From Phoronis australis (taxonomy: Eukaryota; Animalia; Phoronida), in contig NMRA01000177.1 in the NCBI GenBank assembly GCA_002633005.1, positions 449,942-513,941 of the forward strand: a stretch of DNA of 64,000 nucleotides. The letters run 5' to 3'. Under the pieces are notes generated by a model, which saw only the letters and a list, made by a program, of their open reading frames with translations, was not told where the DNA came from and made no database searches. Position 1 is the first letter of the stretch; each line of letters begins with the position of its first letter. This document shows, piece by piece, positions 12,139-27,100 of the stretch. The position numbers and the translations under genes were made by a program.

Positions 12139-15100
12139 GTAGGTCGAGTTTGTCCTTATTGAGATTTAACCACATTAATGGCTTCGTCACAATACGTTTA
12201 TGGGTACGACCTCAAAGAAGTGTTGTGAGGTCGTTTGATCCTTGTTGTCGAATGCTCGAGTCGCTCTACCGATAGATCACCAATATGTTTACACTGCAGC
12301 TTCACGGGTCTGCTTGTAAGATCGCTTTTGCACATGTCTTGAATTCTTCGCGTTGGACATTATCCCCTGTCATTTTTGTCCTGACATTTAGCTACACGAG
12401 GTCATAGAGTTTTATGCAGTCGTAACTTCATGGCTGTTCAACAGGTTTTGAGGCAAAAACACCAATTTAGATTTTTTTTTGTTTTTAAAACGATTCTACC
12501 GTAGTTGCATCACAGGACTCGGGCAATCACTGAATAACGGGCCCGTTACTTAGTGGATGAGTTCTCTAAATCAGGGACCGCTATATCCAACCTGTTATTG
12601 TACTTGTAAAGACCAATAAATTTATTTCCTACAGACGTAGCTTAAACGTGAATTTATTTTTTAAATAAGACAATTCGCAAGTACAATGACATTTATTGCT
12701 TCTTAGTTTAGTTTGTTTTGTCAATTCCATTTACATTGTGAGGAATTTCAAACATTGAATTTAGAAAAAAAATATAATAATTTCAGTTCAATATAGTTTC
12801 AGAGTGACACAAATTTTAATTGCGCAGAGAGTTGCGAGATTTCTTGGTATTTTCCATATCTTGGCTGAGTTTTCTTAAGATCACTATCTTAAAAGTGAAA
12901 TGCCACTTTAAATTTGTGAACAGTATACCAAGAGTCTACTGATATTGTGTTCAGTTAAACATGCTTCAATTATATTTACTACTAGAAACCATTTCTGCAG
13001 TCTCCCAACGTTAGTCCAAGTACTGTGGGTGTCCCTATCCAGTTGCTGTTTGGACAGTCCCAGGGGATATCCAAGCTGAGCTATCCAATTCCCCTGGGTG
13101 TGGTGTGTATTGTAGGACTAGAACTTTGCTTTGTATCTGGCATAGGGCTTCTTTATGCTCCAGGAGTGGAGTTTGTTGACTTTATCTGTTTATAAGTTAC
13201 CTGTGTCTATTGTAGTCTGGATATGCCTGTGACTTTTAACATAATGAACCATTTTGTAGGTATGACAATCAACACTACTGTCCTAAATAGGCCCATTATT
13301 TCACTGTTTAGGTAGGTCTGCCGTTTGGCTTTCAAGGTCCTGGGGTTTGGCACCAGTAGCAGAATGGTGCAGAGGGTTGTCAGTCAAAGGGATGAGTTTT
13401 GCTTTGGTTATGAGAGCCTACCAACCATAATTCTGACTCTGTGATCTAATTAAGTATTTATTAAAAATTATGTATTCATTTCATTTTTTTATGTTATATG
13501 ACTGTGTGGTGAGATGTACTCAAAAAAACTGTTAATGTAAAGTTACAGACTATTTTTTGATTTTGGATTTTTAAAATGAATATTACTTTATAAACTATTT
13601 ATTTTTATTGGATGTTGTTATCAAAGTTTGTCCTCAACGACATCAGGTGCATATGTATTAGTGTCTCTTTGAAATTTGGAATTGCATGTATTTTTTGTAG
13701 AAGCCAAGAGTTTGAATGCAGGCTTAGTTTCATCAATGAAATGATGTAATCTCTTTTCACAAATGATGGCAACGCAGGTTTGGTACTAGACAGGTTGAGA
13801 GATCAATTAGCGTTGATCCTCAAAAGCGCCATTCATAACTTTATTTACCCACTAGAGAAGTCATGTCGCAGCCTGTATCGAATTCAATCAGTTCGGGTTT
13901 ACCTTGAAGCTCTGGTCAACACCTGTATGTCTTTGATGTAAATATTTACCTGGTTTATAATTATAATGTGTGTGTATATCAGACTAATGTAAACATAGGG
14001 TAGTCAGTGAGCGCTACCTGGTGCTACTGTTCAGGGGTAAAGTGATAAGTTGAGCTGTGGTGGGGATTTATCAGTTTATGATGCCTTGCGGCACAAAATG
14101 TCAAACTGTTCGTGGATATATTGGAAGTTCTATGTCATTGCTAATGTAGTTTGGTCTGTACAACTATCATCAAATGACATTTTATATTTGAGTATTTGCA
14201 GTGTACATTGTTAGTGGCAAAACTTTAGGAATGTCAGAAATAGAACATCAAGTTTTACATCACAGCTAACGATTATTGATACTGACTGTTGGTTGGGTAT
14301 ATATCTTACATATGCTGCAATGTCTATTTTGGTTCTAGAGTGCAAATTTATTGTCTTTACACCCTTGCTAATTACGGTATAGTTTTAACGAAAATCCTGA
14401 CAAACGTAACTAAAAAGGCCAAGCTTTTCCCACACTGTAAAGTCTTACCAATTCTGGACACAGTGTGGCAGACGAGTGAAATTTCATTTTCTTCAATTTT
14501 TGCGTAAAATATTAATAGCACCAATTCAATGCTTTATCATTTTAGAGCTCTACACTATAGACAATGTGTTGGGGAATAGTGGGGGTGTTACGTAGGTTTT
14601 ACCCACTTGTTTTGAATTAACACCAGCGTGCTTTCCTTTACTACTTGTGTTGATCTGAATGGCAGAGCCAAGGCTGCACTGGATCAGAAATTCGATATAG
14701 GGTAATATATAACAGACTATCAGCTGCAAGGGTGTCATTATGACAGTAAAGTGTCTCTTGGTGTCTTCCAACCTGCCATGTGAAATTGCTCCTTTTGGAT
14801 TGATACCAAGCCGTCTTGAAAATCTGTTGTTTGAATGTATGATTTTACATAAAAAACTTTCAAACTTGATAAGTTGTGTGTTTTCTCTACCATGCAGAAG
14901 TGGTAAAATTCTTCATTTTTGGAAACAACACTGCAAAAGTCGCTATCTGTCCATTTTTATGCTCTCCCTGTTATATTGACATGGAACTTATATAATATGT
15001 TGCTCAGCCGCAGCCAACAACATAGTCAATCTTCAAAATTGTTGTTGAGAAATTTGACATGATATTTACCATGTTCATCATTTCACTGGATACATACCTT

Positions 15101-18100
15101 CAACCATATTTGATATAATGGGCTTGCAATTGTTATATTTGAGCCTTATACCTGTGAAATGTGCTTACAAGACCAAAAGTGTTTTCATGGATTTGAATGT
15201 AAAATTCTCAAATGTCACAAACGCAAGATTGTTAAGTGAAATATGTTTAATTTTTTTGTTAGCAATTTTTAAAACACTAAGTGCCATAGCAAAGAATGTT
15301 GTTGTTTTTTAAAATGTCTGTTTATTTTTTATTTTTTTTTGTTTATCAGCTGAGTTTGTGCAAACCTTAAAGGACTATCACATCACTACACCAGAGAAAG
15401 TGACGGAAAGTGGACAGTTTGTGTCACGAAAAGTACACCACGATCTCCGAAAACGTGATGCCGACCAGAATGTGCATTATCACATGGAAGTGGACGGGAG
15501 AAAAATGCACTTGTCACTGAAACCCAACCACAAACTAGTCGCACCTGGAATGGTGATAGAGCGAAAGAAATCGAGATTTGGTAATGTGACTGACTCGAGG
15601 CTTGTGAAAAAGGGTTTTAATCCCTGTCATTTTGTTGGTGAAATAAAGGGAGAAGAGGGCTCCAAAGTGGCCATCTCCACATGTAATGGTTTGGTAAGTT
15701 GATTTGTTGCTAATTTGTTTGACTGTCTTGTGTATGAGATTGGGTGTGTGCATGATATAATCGGATTTTGGTGGGTCTTAATTATCAGCCAGCATAAGCT
15801 CTGCCTAGGTGCTTGTACTAGTTGTACAGGAGCCTGAGTATAGCAACTTTATGTAGACTTCATTTATGGCAATTGGAGTGTACAGTGATGCAAATGCCGT
15901 ATGGTAACAGAAGTCGTTGAGTTGTCTGCAGCTGAACGTTAAATTAGAGCGAAATTGGTCAGTGAATGCTCTGTTTCAGTCGGCAAGTCGTTTACAAATT
16001 TTTGACTCGATAAGTCAAGTCGGATTACTTGCCTACATGTCTGATTAGTCGCACACAACAGTTGACTGCAAAGTTGTGGAAGACTTACCATGTTGTGTAG
16101 ACAGAACCTATTTCTATCAGTTAAGCTTGCTCATCCCTAGTTAGACTTTTCCTGAGCAGTGAGAAAACACTGTTCAGTTGACCAATCGAATTGCACTTAT
16201 CCTCTATTTACATATGCGATTTGCATACTTATCTTTTTGATATTGTAGCACTACTTGTTTGTCAGCAAATGTGACTTGAATGTTTTTAGTGATCATGCAT
16301 CAAGTGTCAAGTCACGTGAATCCATTTTCGTGTGATGTTTCTTAGACATGAAACCAAAGTCAAGCTTATTCATTGAAGCCAAGAAAATGCTGTCACTAGG
16401 TACACATGTGTGGAGAAAATGCTAGCGTTTAGCCAGACAGATGTGCTGTCCTTGCACCAGTTATTTTCTCCTGAAGTTGTTTATTTCCTCACCAACCCTA
16501 TTGGGTTTAAAGTCAAAGTTGGTGTAAAAGCACTGTTTACTCCCTGCAATAATTGATTAGACGCTAGGCAGCGATAAACAAAAGTTTATATCTTGTGGGC
16601 ATTTGTGTCCTTTGAAGTCTAAGGTCTGGTTACAGACTTCCTATCCAAAACGCCAGCTGTTTTGGGGCAACACAAACCACCAGCAAAAGTGATTCTTGCA
16701 CCCATTTTGACGTTGTTTGAGAATGTGGCATTTGTGAGTCAGGTATTAATGTATTGTAATCTCCTGTTCAATTCAGTTAGTCAAGTACACTCTGAAATGC
16801 TCTTTAGACCAGTTGACATTGCCTTGACCATTACTCGGACAGAGGTTGACGGTTTGCAGCCAGTGCATCAGGCTTCAGCCTCCCTTCAAACTGACCGGTA
16901 ACTGACCCATGAGTGGAGATAAATCTTGTACTGAACATTGGGCAGGAAGTGTGGACTTCTGTAGGAAGTCTTCTCTGTGTTTGTCCACCTGATTGTCACT
17001 ACAAGATCATCCCCAAGGCTTGTGAGGTATAGGTGCTAGTGTGAGGCGCAATAGTTCGACAGGTGAAATTTAATTTTGTTAAATTTCTGCACAAAAATAG
17101 CTTTGTCAAGAAATTTTACTTTGCTTTTAAACATGGGTTGTTCAGGATGCTCTTTTACCCAAACAGTTCAAAATTTCGTAAGCAATTGAAAAATAGAGAA
17201 ATGCCTATTTTAGCAAACAATTTTGCCCCAAATTAAAGAATTATTACTGTGGTTGTCTCACTCCAGCAGGTCTTATTGACTTTAGTAAAGTACTGCCGAC
17301 TGGACTGGAGGATTGCTCAAGGTGCCCAGATTTACAGTAAACCTGTTGATATACATTTTCCTAACCATGTAAGGCATTCTTCAAATGAATCCGTCAGGAC
17401 AAATCTGTACACGCGGTCTCAATTTAAGTGGCTAACTATTCTTAACTTGTTCCAATTGTTAAAAAATGTCTAGGGCTGGCTGTAACATTGGCTTCTGGAA
17501 CTGGTCTTTCATACGGTCCCAGGCTCGCATACCCCACCTGTAGTGATAGTTGTGAGCCAGTGATGGCAATTACAAATAAAGTGTCAATTATGTTCCTGGT
17601 CGCAGCTCGCGGTCTGTGCGTTCTAGTTCTCACTCAGCTTGGCGCTGATTTGTGATGGTTTCGTCAGTTGTTAAGCAGTGGTTCAACCACACAGAGGTGC
17701 AATTAATTTACTTTAAGCGATTAATCTACTCCCAGAACTGTGGTCTGGGTTAAAGCTATCACCATTCACCTTTAATGACTGGCTGCAAGTCTGGTATTTA
17801 ATGATTGCAGACACAGGTGTGGTAATTAGGGGCTAAGGGAGGGTCGACCAGGGAAAACATAGGGTGGGACTGGTCTCCTGTCTTCACATTAATGTAGAAG
17901 TGACTCTCCCCCCCCCTCCCCGAGCAGACCGTCTGGACCCCCTACGGATCTACCCCTGTAACAGCAAATACTTGGACCCCTGGATTCATGCTTTGTTTGT
18001 TGACCCTCTAAAGCTCCATGTTAGGATTTAGACTAGTCTACATTATTGTGGAGAAGTGCTGTAAATTTGAGTTTAGTTTCACTACTAATGGCCCTGTGTC

Positions 18101-21100
18101 TGACAGTTGTTTGAGACTGGTATTTGTATCAAGCTTTGTTGAGTCAGTTGGTCTTAATTTGTAGTTAAATCAACCTGAAGTCAAGCTTGGCTTGCTGGGA
18201 CTGGACTCAGTCAGTTTATAGTAGTCCTTAGGGGTGACATTCCCTGAGTGTGATAAGTGGACATTAAAAACCCTTATCCATTTAAGGTGTTAGTGAATGC
18301 AGTAATCATGGCTGGTGTAGCCAGGGCCATTTCTTGCTGAGGAATGGTGCAGGTCAGCATAATTAATGTTATAAAGGTTCCTAGCATTTTAAAAGATGAA
18401 TGAAAAAGCTGCAAAGTAATTTTATTTTCATGCAGTAAATGTTTCTAGCCTGAAGCAGTTGTACTGTAACAAAGGCCATAGACCCCTCGTGTACAAAAAC
18501 CCTTTTCAATAGTGCTGCAAGATCATTTGAAATTCGTCAAACTTAGTCATTTTCATGAGGCATGCAGAAGTCAGTGCTGTGTGGCCAAACCTACACTGGC
18601 TGTTGGGGTAGAGACTATTAAATTTTTACTTATCCAGTATTAAAAGTATGATGCATAGAGTCAGATGAGTTAACATACATAGGGTGAATTTTGCCTTTCA
18701 TTAAAGCCAGACAGGACAGGTAATTAGGTACACAAAATATGAGCTCTTGTGCTCAGGCAGACTTTCCAGTGCAGATGCAAATTGTAGGCTTACATCAGTG
18801 TGTACTGACTATCCAGTCACATGGCAGCACCAATTGGTCAGGGCAAACAAGACAGACAATGGCTGAGTAGCCCTGAACCTTGTTTAGTCTGCTACCTGTA
18901 CCTGTCTTATTGATAATGATCACTCTTCCTTCAAGATCATTAGATGTCTGTTGTGGGCCAGTGTTGCAGTCATCAAACCTAATAGATTGGGGGACAAAAA
19001 GGTATTGGCCTGTTGAGTTTGTGTTGTGTTAGGTGGGTTTAGTAAGAAGAAATGGAGAATTGGCCAAATTAATGCAGTGACCAACCCAGAATGCAGCCTT
19101 TTAGAAATTAATGGACTTGGTTTATGAATTTGTTGAGACCCCTTAATCATACATGGATGTTTTTAAATCTAGGCCCAGAACGAGACAATGCGAACTGATG
19201 AAACCTGAATTCAGAGAAAATTAGGCCTGATTTGTAAAGGTGATTGATGCCCTTTGTGGAAGGATGGTTTTACATCGAGGCCTTGGTTATCTGGATAATG
19301 TTGAATTTAAAAACAAAATGAATTTAAAGATTTAATTTGTCTTTTGTATTAATAACCGTAGAAGACGGTTATTATTCCTCTATCATTTACTGAAATGCTG
19401 GTGTCCGACTAGAGATAAACACATTAAATTGTTGTGCATTTTTAAACACGCGAGACCATTGTGCCTAGAAATGTTGAATTGTAGGGTGTTCTTCAATGAG
19501 GCGAGGCCATCGTCCCAGGTTGTTGAACTTTTACTTTTTTGAGCCATGAGAATGCTGCAGATGAAATTGAGTGAAGCTATGTGTGACCTCGTGTATTATG
19601 TTATGTTATTTTTTTCTAAAAATTTGCATTTTATAAGTTCATGACTGGTTTCACGCTCCAGTGATTTTGTCTAGTACCGTCATTGGAAGGGGGGTTTGTT
19701 GATCTATTGGCATTGTTTTGTTGTGCCCGCAGGTATTTTTTTGGAGTGTTAAGCCCCCCTGAAGTCCTCGTAAATCCACCACTGTGTCGCGATATAATTA
19801 TTCTTCATCCCGTACACATGTTATCACCTTAAATGCGCTTCTGATTTCAAATCACCAGGGTGTCTACAGTTACACATAGGTTATGAATTTTGTGTGTGGG
19901 TTACAACTTAATACTATAATTGTTAGATTTTGGAATATGGCTTCATTTCCAAGGTTTTTAACTGGAAGACTTTTCCCCATTTTATATAAACTTGTTGAAT
20001 AAAACTGATAGAAGTTATTTGTGAACTGAAGTGAGTATTGTTCGAGCTGTTCTGTAGTGTGTTCAATTGGGCTGTTTGTGGTGAGACCACACTTGCAATA
20101 CAAAATCTTGTACAATAGCAGTTGTGAAATCTGGATGTTAAGGTACTATTTTCTCCCATAATTCATTGCCATCCATCTCTTTGTGAGGCAGCCTTGTTAT
20201 ATTGTTCAGTAAAGTGATCTTGCTTGTTCTCGCCAATATCACAAGTCATCTGCCTTAAATGAATGCCCTCCTAATTTCAGAGCAAATATGTTATGAAAAA
20301 CTAGTAACAGGGGCCCAACTTGGATGTTTGTATAACCATGATGAGGGTTTAATTGGGCGTTTAACTCGAGCATGTCATGTATCTGATCTCTAGTGTGAGA
20401 CATGGATTTGTTTTCTTTAGAGAAGGTGTTACAACAGACTATTGTACTGGAAGAGTTCAGCCTGTAATGTTAAACTTCATCCATTTCTGATTTGTTCCCA
20501 ACTGCGTTACGGTGGTTCATTCATTTTTGCCAAAAATCATTGTTGTCGGCGTTCCGCATGTCTTTGTAAAAGCCATGAACCTTGTAGAATGATTCAGGCA
20601 CTCAAGGTTCATTAAAACGTGATACATAATACTCTATTACTGTTGAATGGGGGGTGAATTAAATTGAATGTCTCGATTGTGAATAAAATCTTTATGCGTG
20701 GCCTTTTTTAGCCAAAAAACCCGCAACATTAGGAAGGGTGAAAAATCTGTGACCGGTGTTGTTTGCTGACTTGTTAGTGCTGGTTTGCTGTAATTTTCAC
20801 AACAATAAATCTGATAAGATTATATCTATACAGGTATGCAAAGTTTCATGAAGCTACAGGTGCGCACTGTTACAATTACGCAATCAGTTTGTGGAATAAC
20901 AAGCAATCACAATACAAATTCCAAATTGTCATTTTTTGTCCCAATCTAATTTTCACCTGAATGAAGCTGTTAATGTGGTATCATTGCCAATGTACCTGAA
21001 ACTACCTGAAGTCCATTCTGTGATTATGCAACAGCAGCTTGTGGTCTGCTAAATCACCACAATACAGGCCCCTACTTGGCATTCTTCTCCACCCAAACCT

Positions 21101-24100
21101 CATTAGTTCCCTTTCAACCCTCTCTCTTACCCTTTGATATTGCTAGCTCTTGTACACCTTGAAGTCCCTCCAAGAGACCTTTTGATTTTCTTTTAGATTT
21201 TTCGTATAAACTTTGGCCTTTATTTGAGCTTTTGCCAGTGTGACTCTTTGAAGGGCTGACCGGAAAAATTGGTAAATAAACTGCTGCTCATTTCTGTGTT
21301 CCAATTGTTGTCTGGTGTCTATGGGAAAAATGGTAGCATACATGCTAATGATCTCTCAGACAGGCATCTGTGAAAAGAAACATTAATATATTCCAAATGT
21401 AAATATTGCCTTTAAAACTGTAGCTTTGGTTTTTAATAACAATTCACCTTTATAATAGATATTTTGAATGGACATACTTCTGAGCCCACATCTTTGTGAA
21501 ATAGTCCTGACTTCTGATCCATCCCCTAGGCTAAGCTTAAATTGTATAAGTCTACTTAATCTTTTCTGGTAGTATTTTAGTGTCCCATTTCATTATATTA
21601 ACTAGATTTCCATAACTATGCATTCTTACTTTGTCTGTAACAGCTCAGTAAAAGTTGTAAGATAACATACCCACTTAATTGTAGTGATAAACGAATTATA
21701 AAGATATATCTTCTGTATCATAGTGATTAATACAATTCAGAATAGTTACCAGTTCAGCAGAGCTTGAAAGTAAGATGCACGAATTCTGATCTCTCAAACT
21801 TGTGAAAAGACATATACTGAAAAAATTCTATCAATATTATCAACATAAAATAGCAAGGTGTAGTCAGCCACTGAAAATTCGTAATGTTGACAATCGTCTT
21901 GCAGGTGCACAGAGCAGGTGGATCGTCTGCTTTGTTACTGTGTATTTTTTTGACCAAGTGGTACTGAACAACTGTCAATAACTGTCAATCACTCTGACAG
22001 TGACCTTGACATTGGGCTGCAGGTTGCCTTATCTCATTGTATCAAAACTCAGTTTCCGAAATTAATTCTCCTCTTGTAGAACAATTGTCCGTTTATGTTA
22101 CTGAAAGTGTAACCTGTGTAACCTGTCACACATCAGGAATTTTGTGTAGAGTCTTGCCACTAAGATATTGCATTTATCAGTTGTAGCATATTGGTGTCCC
22201 TTTAATCTTTTACAATCAACTCCGCTGTGTGTATTGGAAGCAGGTAGCTCCACTGATTGCATTGATAAACTGAAGTGTGGGCTGTTTTACCTGACAGGTT
22301 TGGGTTAATTAATTGTCTTACCTGGATCGGTAAAGTGGGAAAAAGTCGACCCTAATAACTTTGTGGAAGAGAGGTGTGTTGCGAGTCACATAACCATCAG
22401 GGTTACACGGTGTACTTTAGACTTGAGCACCAAATAATTGGCTCTGATTTCTAACACTGGAATGGCTGGTGCAAACTGCATTGAAGTTATGGGTCAAGCT
22501 GACTGTCACATTTCTGAAATTTTTAGAACTAAAATGAAATAAGCAAAAATTTAGGTAGGTATTAACTCAAGTGAGAAAGATCAGTACATTAACTTGCCGG
22601 TGCGTTATTTGCTCTGAAAATTCATGAAATCAAATTTTCGTTCAAGTTTTTCAAATGTTGACTAAATTACATTTTTGAATAAATATTCATATTTTACCTA
22701 TTTTGACAGCTTATACTTCGCTAGTTATATAGTACAGAAATTATTCTTGATACGGTATTCATTTTGTTGAGATATTTGGCTAAATGACTTTCCATCAATA
22801 ACATTTTTGCTGGCTGGTATGGTAAGAATCACTAATTATTATCATATCGCTGTTTTATATTTCTTCATTTTTCAACGGCTTCTAACTTTGTTTGAATACT
22901 TGTAATTTTTTATAACATTGTCTTGTAGCTTTGGTAAGAGAACTTAAAAAATGATATAGGTTTACTTTGGTGCATCATTTTGATAAAAATAAGGAACTAT
23001 AATTTCAAATGTCTGTCATGTTGGTCAGATTTCATTGATATAACCTCTACAGGTACGCCGCTTGACTTAGGTTTTGAGCATTTAGGAGGGATTTGAGTAC
23101 TACTTATAAGCACCCTCTGTCTATTAGTGTTGGCAAATCTTATAAAACTTCAACAAGACCAAACCTTCTTAGGGTGGCCAGGGACACAATTGGTGCTGTT
23201 ACTTTGTTTGTTCACAGTATAATTACCTTTAAAGTGGTTTGTCTAAGTGGTGTAATTGGGGTTATCTGATCAAGCTTTATTATTGACTAGTGACAAGTGT
23301 GTGGGGTACAAGAGCTTCTTCTGAGCACTTGGTTAGGCTAATCACTATAGTTTTCCTCCTATCACTGCATTCAGGTCTTGTCATCCAGTTCATTGACACT
23401 ATCCCTATGACGCTGCCACATAATTATACTATTCTGTTTGAGTTTTTGTATTCGCTTCAACTGTATTGTCTATAGTCGGATTCACATACGATTCACGCAA
23501 GCATCCATTTGATAGATTTTAGCTAAAACGTTCTATAGAACACACAAAAAGTGTTCGAACGAAACTTCCCAGAATTCTCTGCCATGATTGCTGGGCGGAA
23601 GACCAATTCGAAGTCAGAGTAGTATGCTCTTATGTCTGAGATTCAGAAGAAATTAACAGGACGGTTAGAAAGATGCCTAAGCCATTTTGTAATCAGATTT
23701 TTTCAAGCATAATAGTTATTACAAGTCACTTTTGCTGTTAACAGTACTAGCTTAAAGAAAAGTTCTAGCTAATCCTATTACTTAATATGTTATAAGTTTT
23801 TTAAGCATTTTAGATCGTACCCAGAACATTTTAAAATTTGTTTTCGCACAATAAATGTAAAGGTTTTAACTTAAAACATCCCAGATCAATCCTTTTATGT
23901 GACTTTATGTTAAGTCGGTGGGTTGTCATGCATGAAAATACAATAAAAACATTTGATTCACACAAACTGAAAGTTCACCATCTTGAATTATTGTCACTGG
24001 CATTCAATTGTCTTAACAAGTAGTTACCTTTTTCTTCATTTTGTTCACATGAACAGTACATAAGTGCTGATTGTAAGTTGTTTGTCAAACTTGTCTGTTT

Positions 24101-27100
24101 CCTTTATATGGTTGTGACTGTAATCTGGAACCTCTTCTGCTTGTTAGAAACAAAATTTATGTACGATAAAATTTCACCGATTCCATACAAAGCGATTACC
24201 GAAATGGCATTTTTTGTTTTTTATAGACTTCTAACATTGTTTCAAATGTTCATGATTTCTCAAAACAGTATCTGGTAGCTTGGGATAAGAACAAGCATTT
24301 ATTTGGTGCTATTTGCCTTTTATGAAAATATCAAAAATAAAATTTTTATATTTGTCCTGCCATATTTTGTCCTAAATTGGTGACACTGTATTGTATTCAA
24401 TACTATCATCTTATTTCATTCACCAATATGAAGTTTGTACTATGTGAGCAGAAATGAAATGTTAATATTTACCAACCAACTTACCTAAGACCAATCCCTT
24501 GTCAAAGTAGAAGGTTCCTGGGTGGTTTTTGTAAGGCAGAAACTACTCCTATAGGGTTAAAATCGAATTTGGATATTCATCGCTTGTTACAAGCTTGGGT
24601 TTGCTCCAGGTGAAATCACCCTGGTATTACCTGTACATGTGTCACATAAATAAACTGACAGAAGTGAGCACTTTCACTGATAAGCCAGGCCCAAAGAAGT
24701 CTTGGGTTGGCACAGGTATTAACGAGTGATAGAGATGTCACCTGGCATGGGCCTTGTTATAGATAAGTGCGTTTGACATGGTTATCAGTAAAAGTTGGGT
24801 TAATTTGTAAAAGCGAGTCACACAAGTGGAGCCCCAATATTTATGGTTGTACCTCTACCTTGTTATCAGTGGATCCGCAGGTGGCACCACTGTATTTCCT
24901 AAACATGTTGTAAAGTCTCACCCCTTTAGGACCCAATCACGTATAATTGAAATTTTTATCTCATTTTTTCATTAAATATACGCAGCATGAAATTGACCCG
25001 TCGCAGTTTCCAAGGTCTGTACTGTAGCTAAGGTACCCCCAAACACAGGCGTATTTAGGGGAGGGGGGACATTCCTTTTGGAGGCCCCGTTAACATTTTT
25101 CACAAGAAAACTGGTTGGGTGCCCCCTTCTGACATCATAGGTCTGCCAGTACACCAAACATTGCAGTGAGTTGTAAAATTATGGTCATCCATGACAACTG
25201 AAAAACCACCCAGCAGATACATTGTTTGTTCTGCGTGCCGAGAAGTGTCCCATTGGAGTTTGCAGCAATGACGGATATTCCATTTGAACACAAACACTGA
25301 TTACAGTCTGTAATGAGCCAATGATGGAAATACAGGAATGAGGTCAAAGGTCAGTATGACAATCCACACCAATACACAAACCTTTCAACATCTTAAAGTT
25401 ATGCAGGATCTTATCTACAAGTTTGTGTATTTAGCCAAATACTGCAAGGCTATAAATTTCAACTCCATATGTATTTTCTGATAGCATAAAGCCTGAATAA
25501 TTTGATTTTCCCATTAATTAGGTCACGTGACCATGTCTTTTCAGTAAAACTTGGGTAAAATGAAAAGTACATTCATTAATAAAATTTCCTGGTGACGATA
25601 GCAAGACCAAATTGGTTTGATGTAAATGATCAAGATGAAAGCTCAAAAGTGCCGTTTCAGTTTTCTTAATTATCATTTTGTTTTCGTTTTATGCAACTTG
25701 AGATTTATCAGAAAAGTTATAGAAGTCCTACTTTCAATAACCTATTATTTGGCAATAAATCAAGCGTGGTAATGCTGCGAACAATCTGTCCTGTCAGCAC
25801 GCCATTTTTGGTCACATCACGTGACCTAATGAATGGAAGTCCGAAAAGATTTCTGCCCCCGACCGGGACTCGAACCCAGTACCTTCTGCTAACCGTGCAG
25901 ACGCTTTAGCCACTGAGCCATGGGTACCACTGGTCAAACACAGATATCCAATCACACTTAGTAGTGGGCATCTTACCCTTACTGAAAAAGATATATTTCT
26001 ACACCAGCAAGATGATGTTTTTAAATACCAAATCATTTTGGTTTGGAATTCAACGTTAGGCCTGTTCATGCGACTTTTTTGCGGAAATTTCTGCGCAATA
26101 TTTTTGCAGAATCAGGATTGCGGAAAAAAATTACTGCAAGAACGCTGCGGAGTTTATTTCGGAAAATGCTCCAGATGCCATGACAGTTGTTTACACATGC
26201 TTGATGATACATCGCACTGCGCATGGTACAAGAATTCACGCTTTACTTCAAAAAAGTCTCGAAATCTCTGTTGTCTCGTTATAAAAATTTAGTTTATCCA
26301 AAAATGTAGTCTGAGGCAGAGACTGAGTTACTCATCGGCTTGTAGCGGGAAGCGGTAGTGGATGGCCAGCTGTCTGGGACAAAGAAGGCTGGGCCAGCTT
26401 TCGTTAGAATCAGGAACGAACTTGAGGTAGCTGGGCAAAATTCAGTTCTGATCAATCAGTTGAGTCACGAGACCTGATAAATAGCTGTGTTCGTGTCAGC
26501 GGCACATTCTTTTCCCTCCATTTGTATTTTCATTTGCTAGGGTAAGACAGAAATTGTGGAATTTCCAAAGTCGCATGAACGGTCGCGGATTTGGGAAATT
26601 TTGTCAGAATGGAATTGTGCATTTTCTCCGCGAAGCTTTTTCTTGAGTGAATGGGCCTATTGACAGCTAAACATAAGGGGAATGCAGCTTTCAAGTAACT
26701 TAACCAAGGGTTGAACAGTTCACATTTGTAACAGTGGTAAAAATGTTCAGTTGATTGTCATTTGTCTGGCTAGCAATGCAGTTGAACAAGACCATTTTGA
26801 TAAATTGTTAAATTAACATGTTGAAATACCTCTGAGCACAGCCATATATTGACTCAGGTTGACAACAGCTCACCTGGGATATAGATATACCTGCTAAGAA
26901 TTGCATAATATTGTTTAATATAAAGGATAGCCGTGGCAGTTATATGATAACCCCAATAACGGCTATCAAGGAAATGTCAAACAAAAATGTGAAACAAAGG
27001 TATTTGTGACCCCATAAAGTAGGATTTATCTCTCATGTTTCTCACTGTTGCATTACAGGAACTTGTCATAATTCCAGCTAAAATCTCACTAAGATGTTCT

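Larger units (their letters stand above)
7700..12600. promoter_or_regulatory. CpG-retaining promoter/5' region of the ADAMTS gene
   Basis: By eye, CpG is much more frequent here than in the CpG-poor introns, and the region overlaps the first coding exon. YY1-like AAAATGGCG at 8716-8724. TSS not located. Confidence 0.45.

Noticed and set aside
25854-25927. Functional tRNA-Thr(GGT)
   Set aside because: Mismatched acceptor stem, A32/C33 loop, and an anticodon that is rare in eukaryotes; better explained as SINE-derived.
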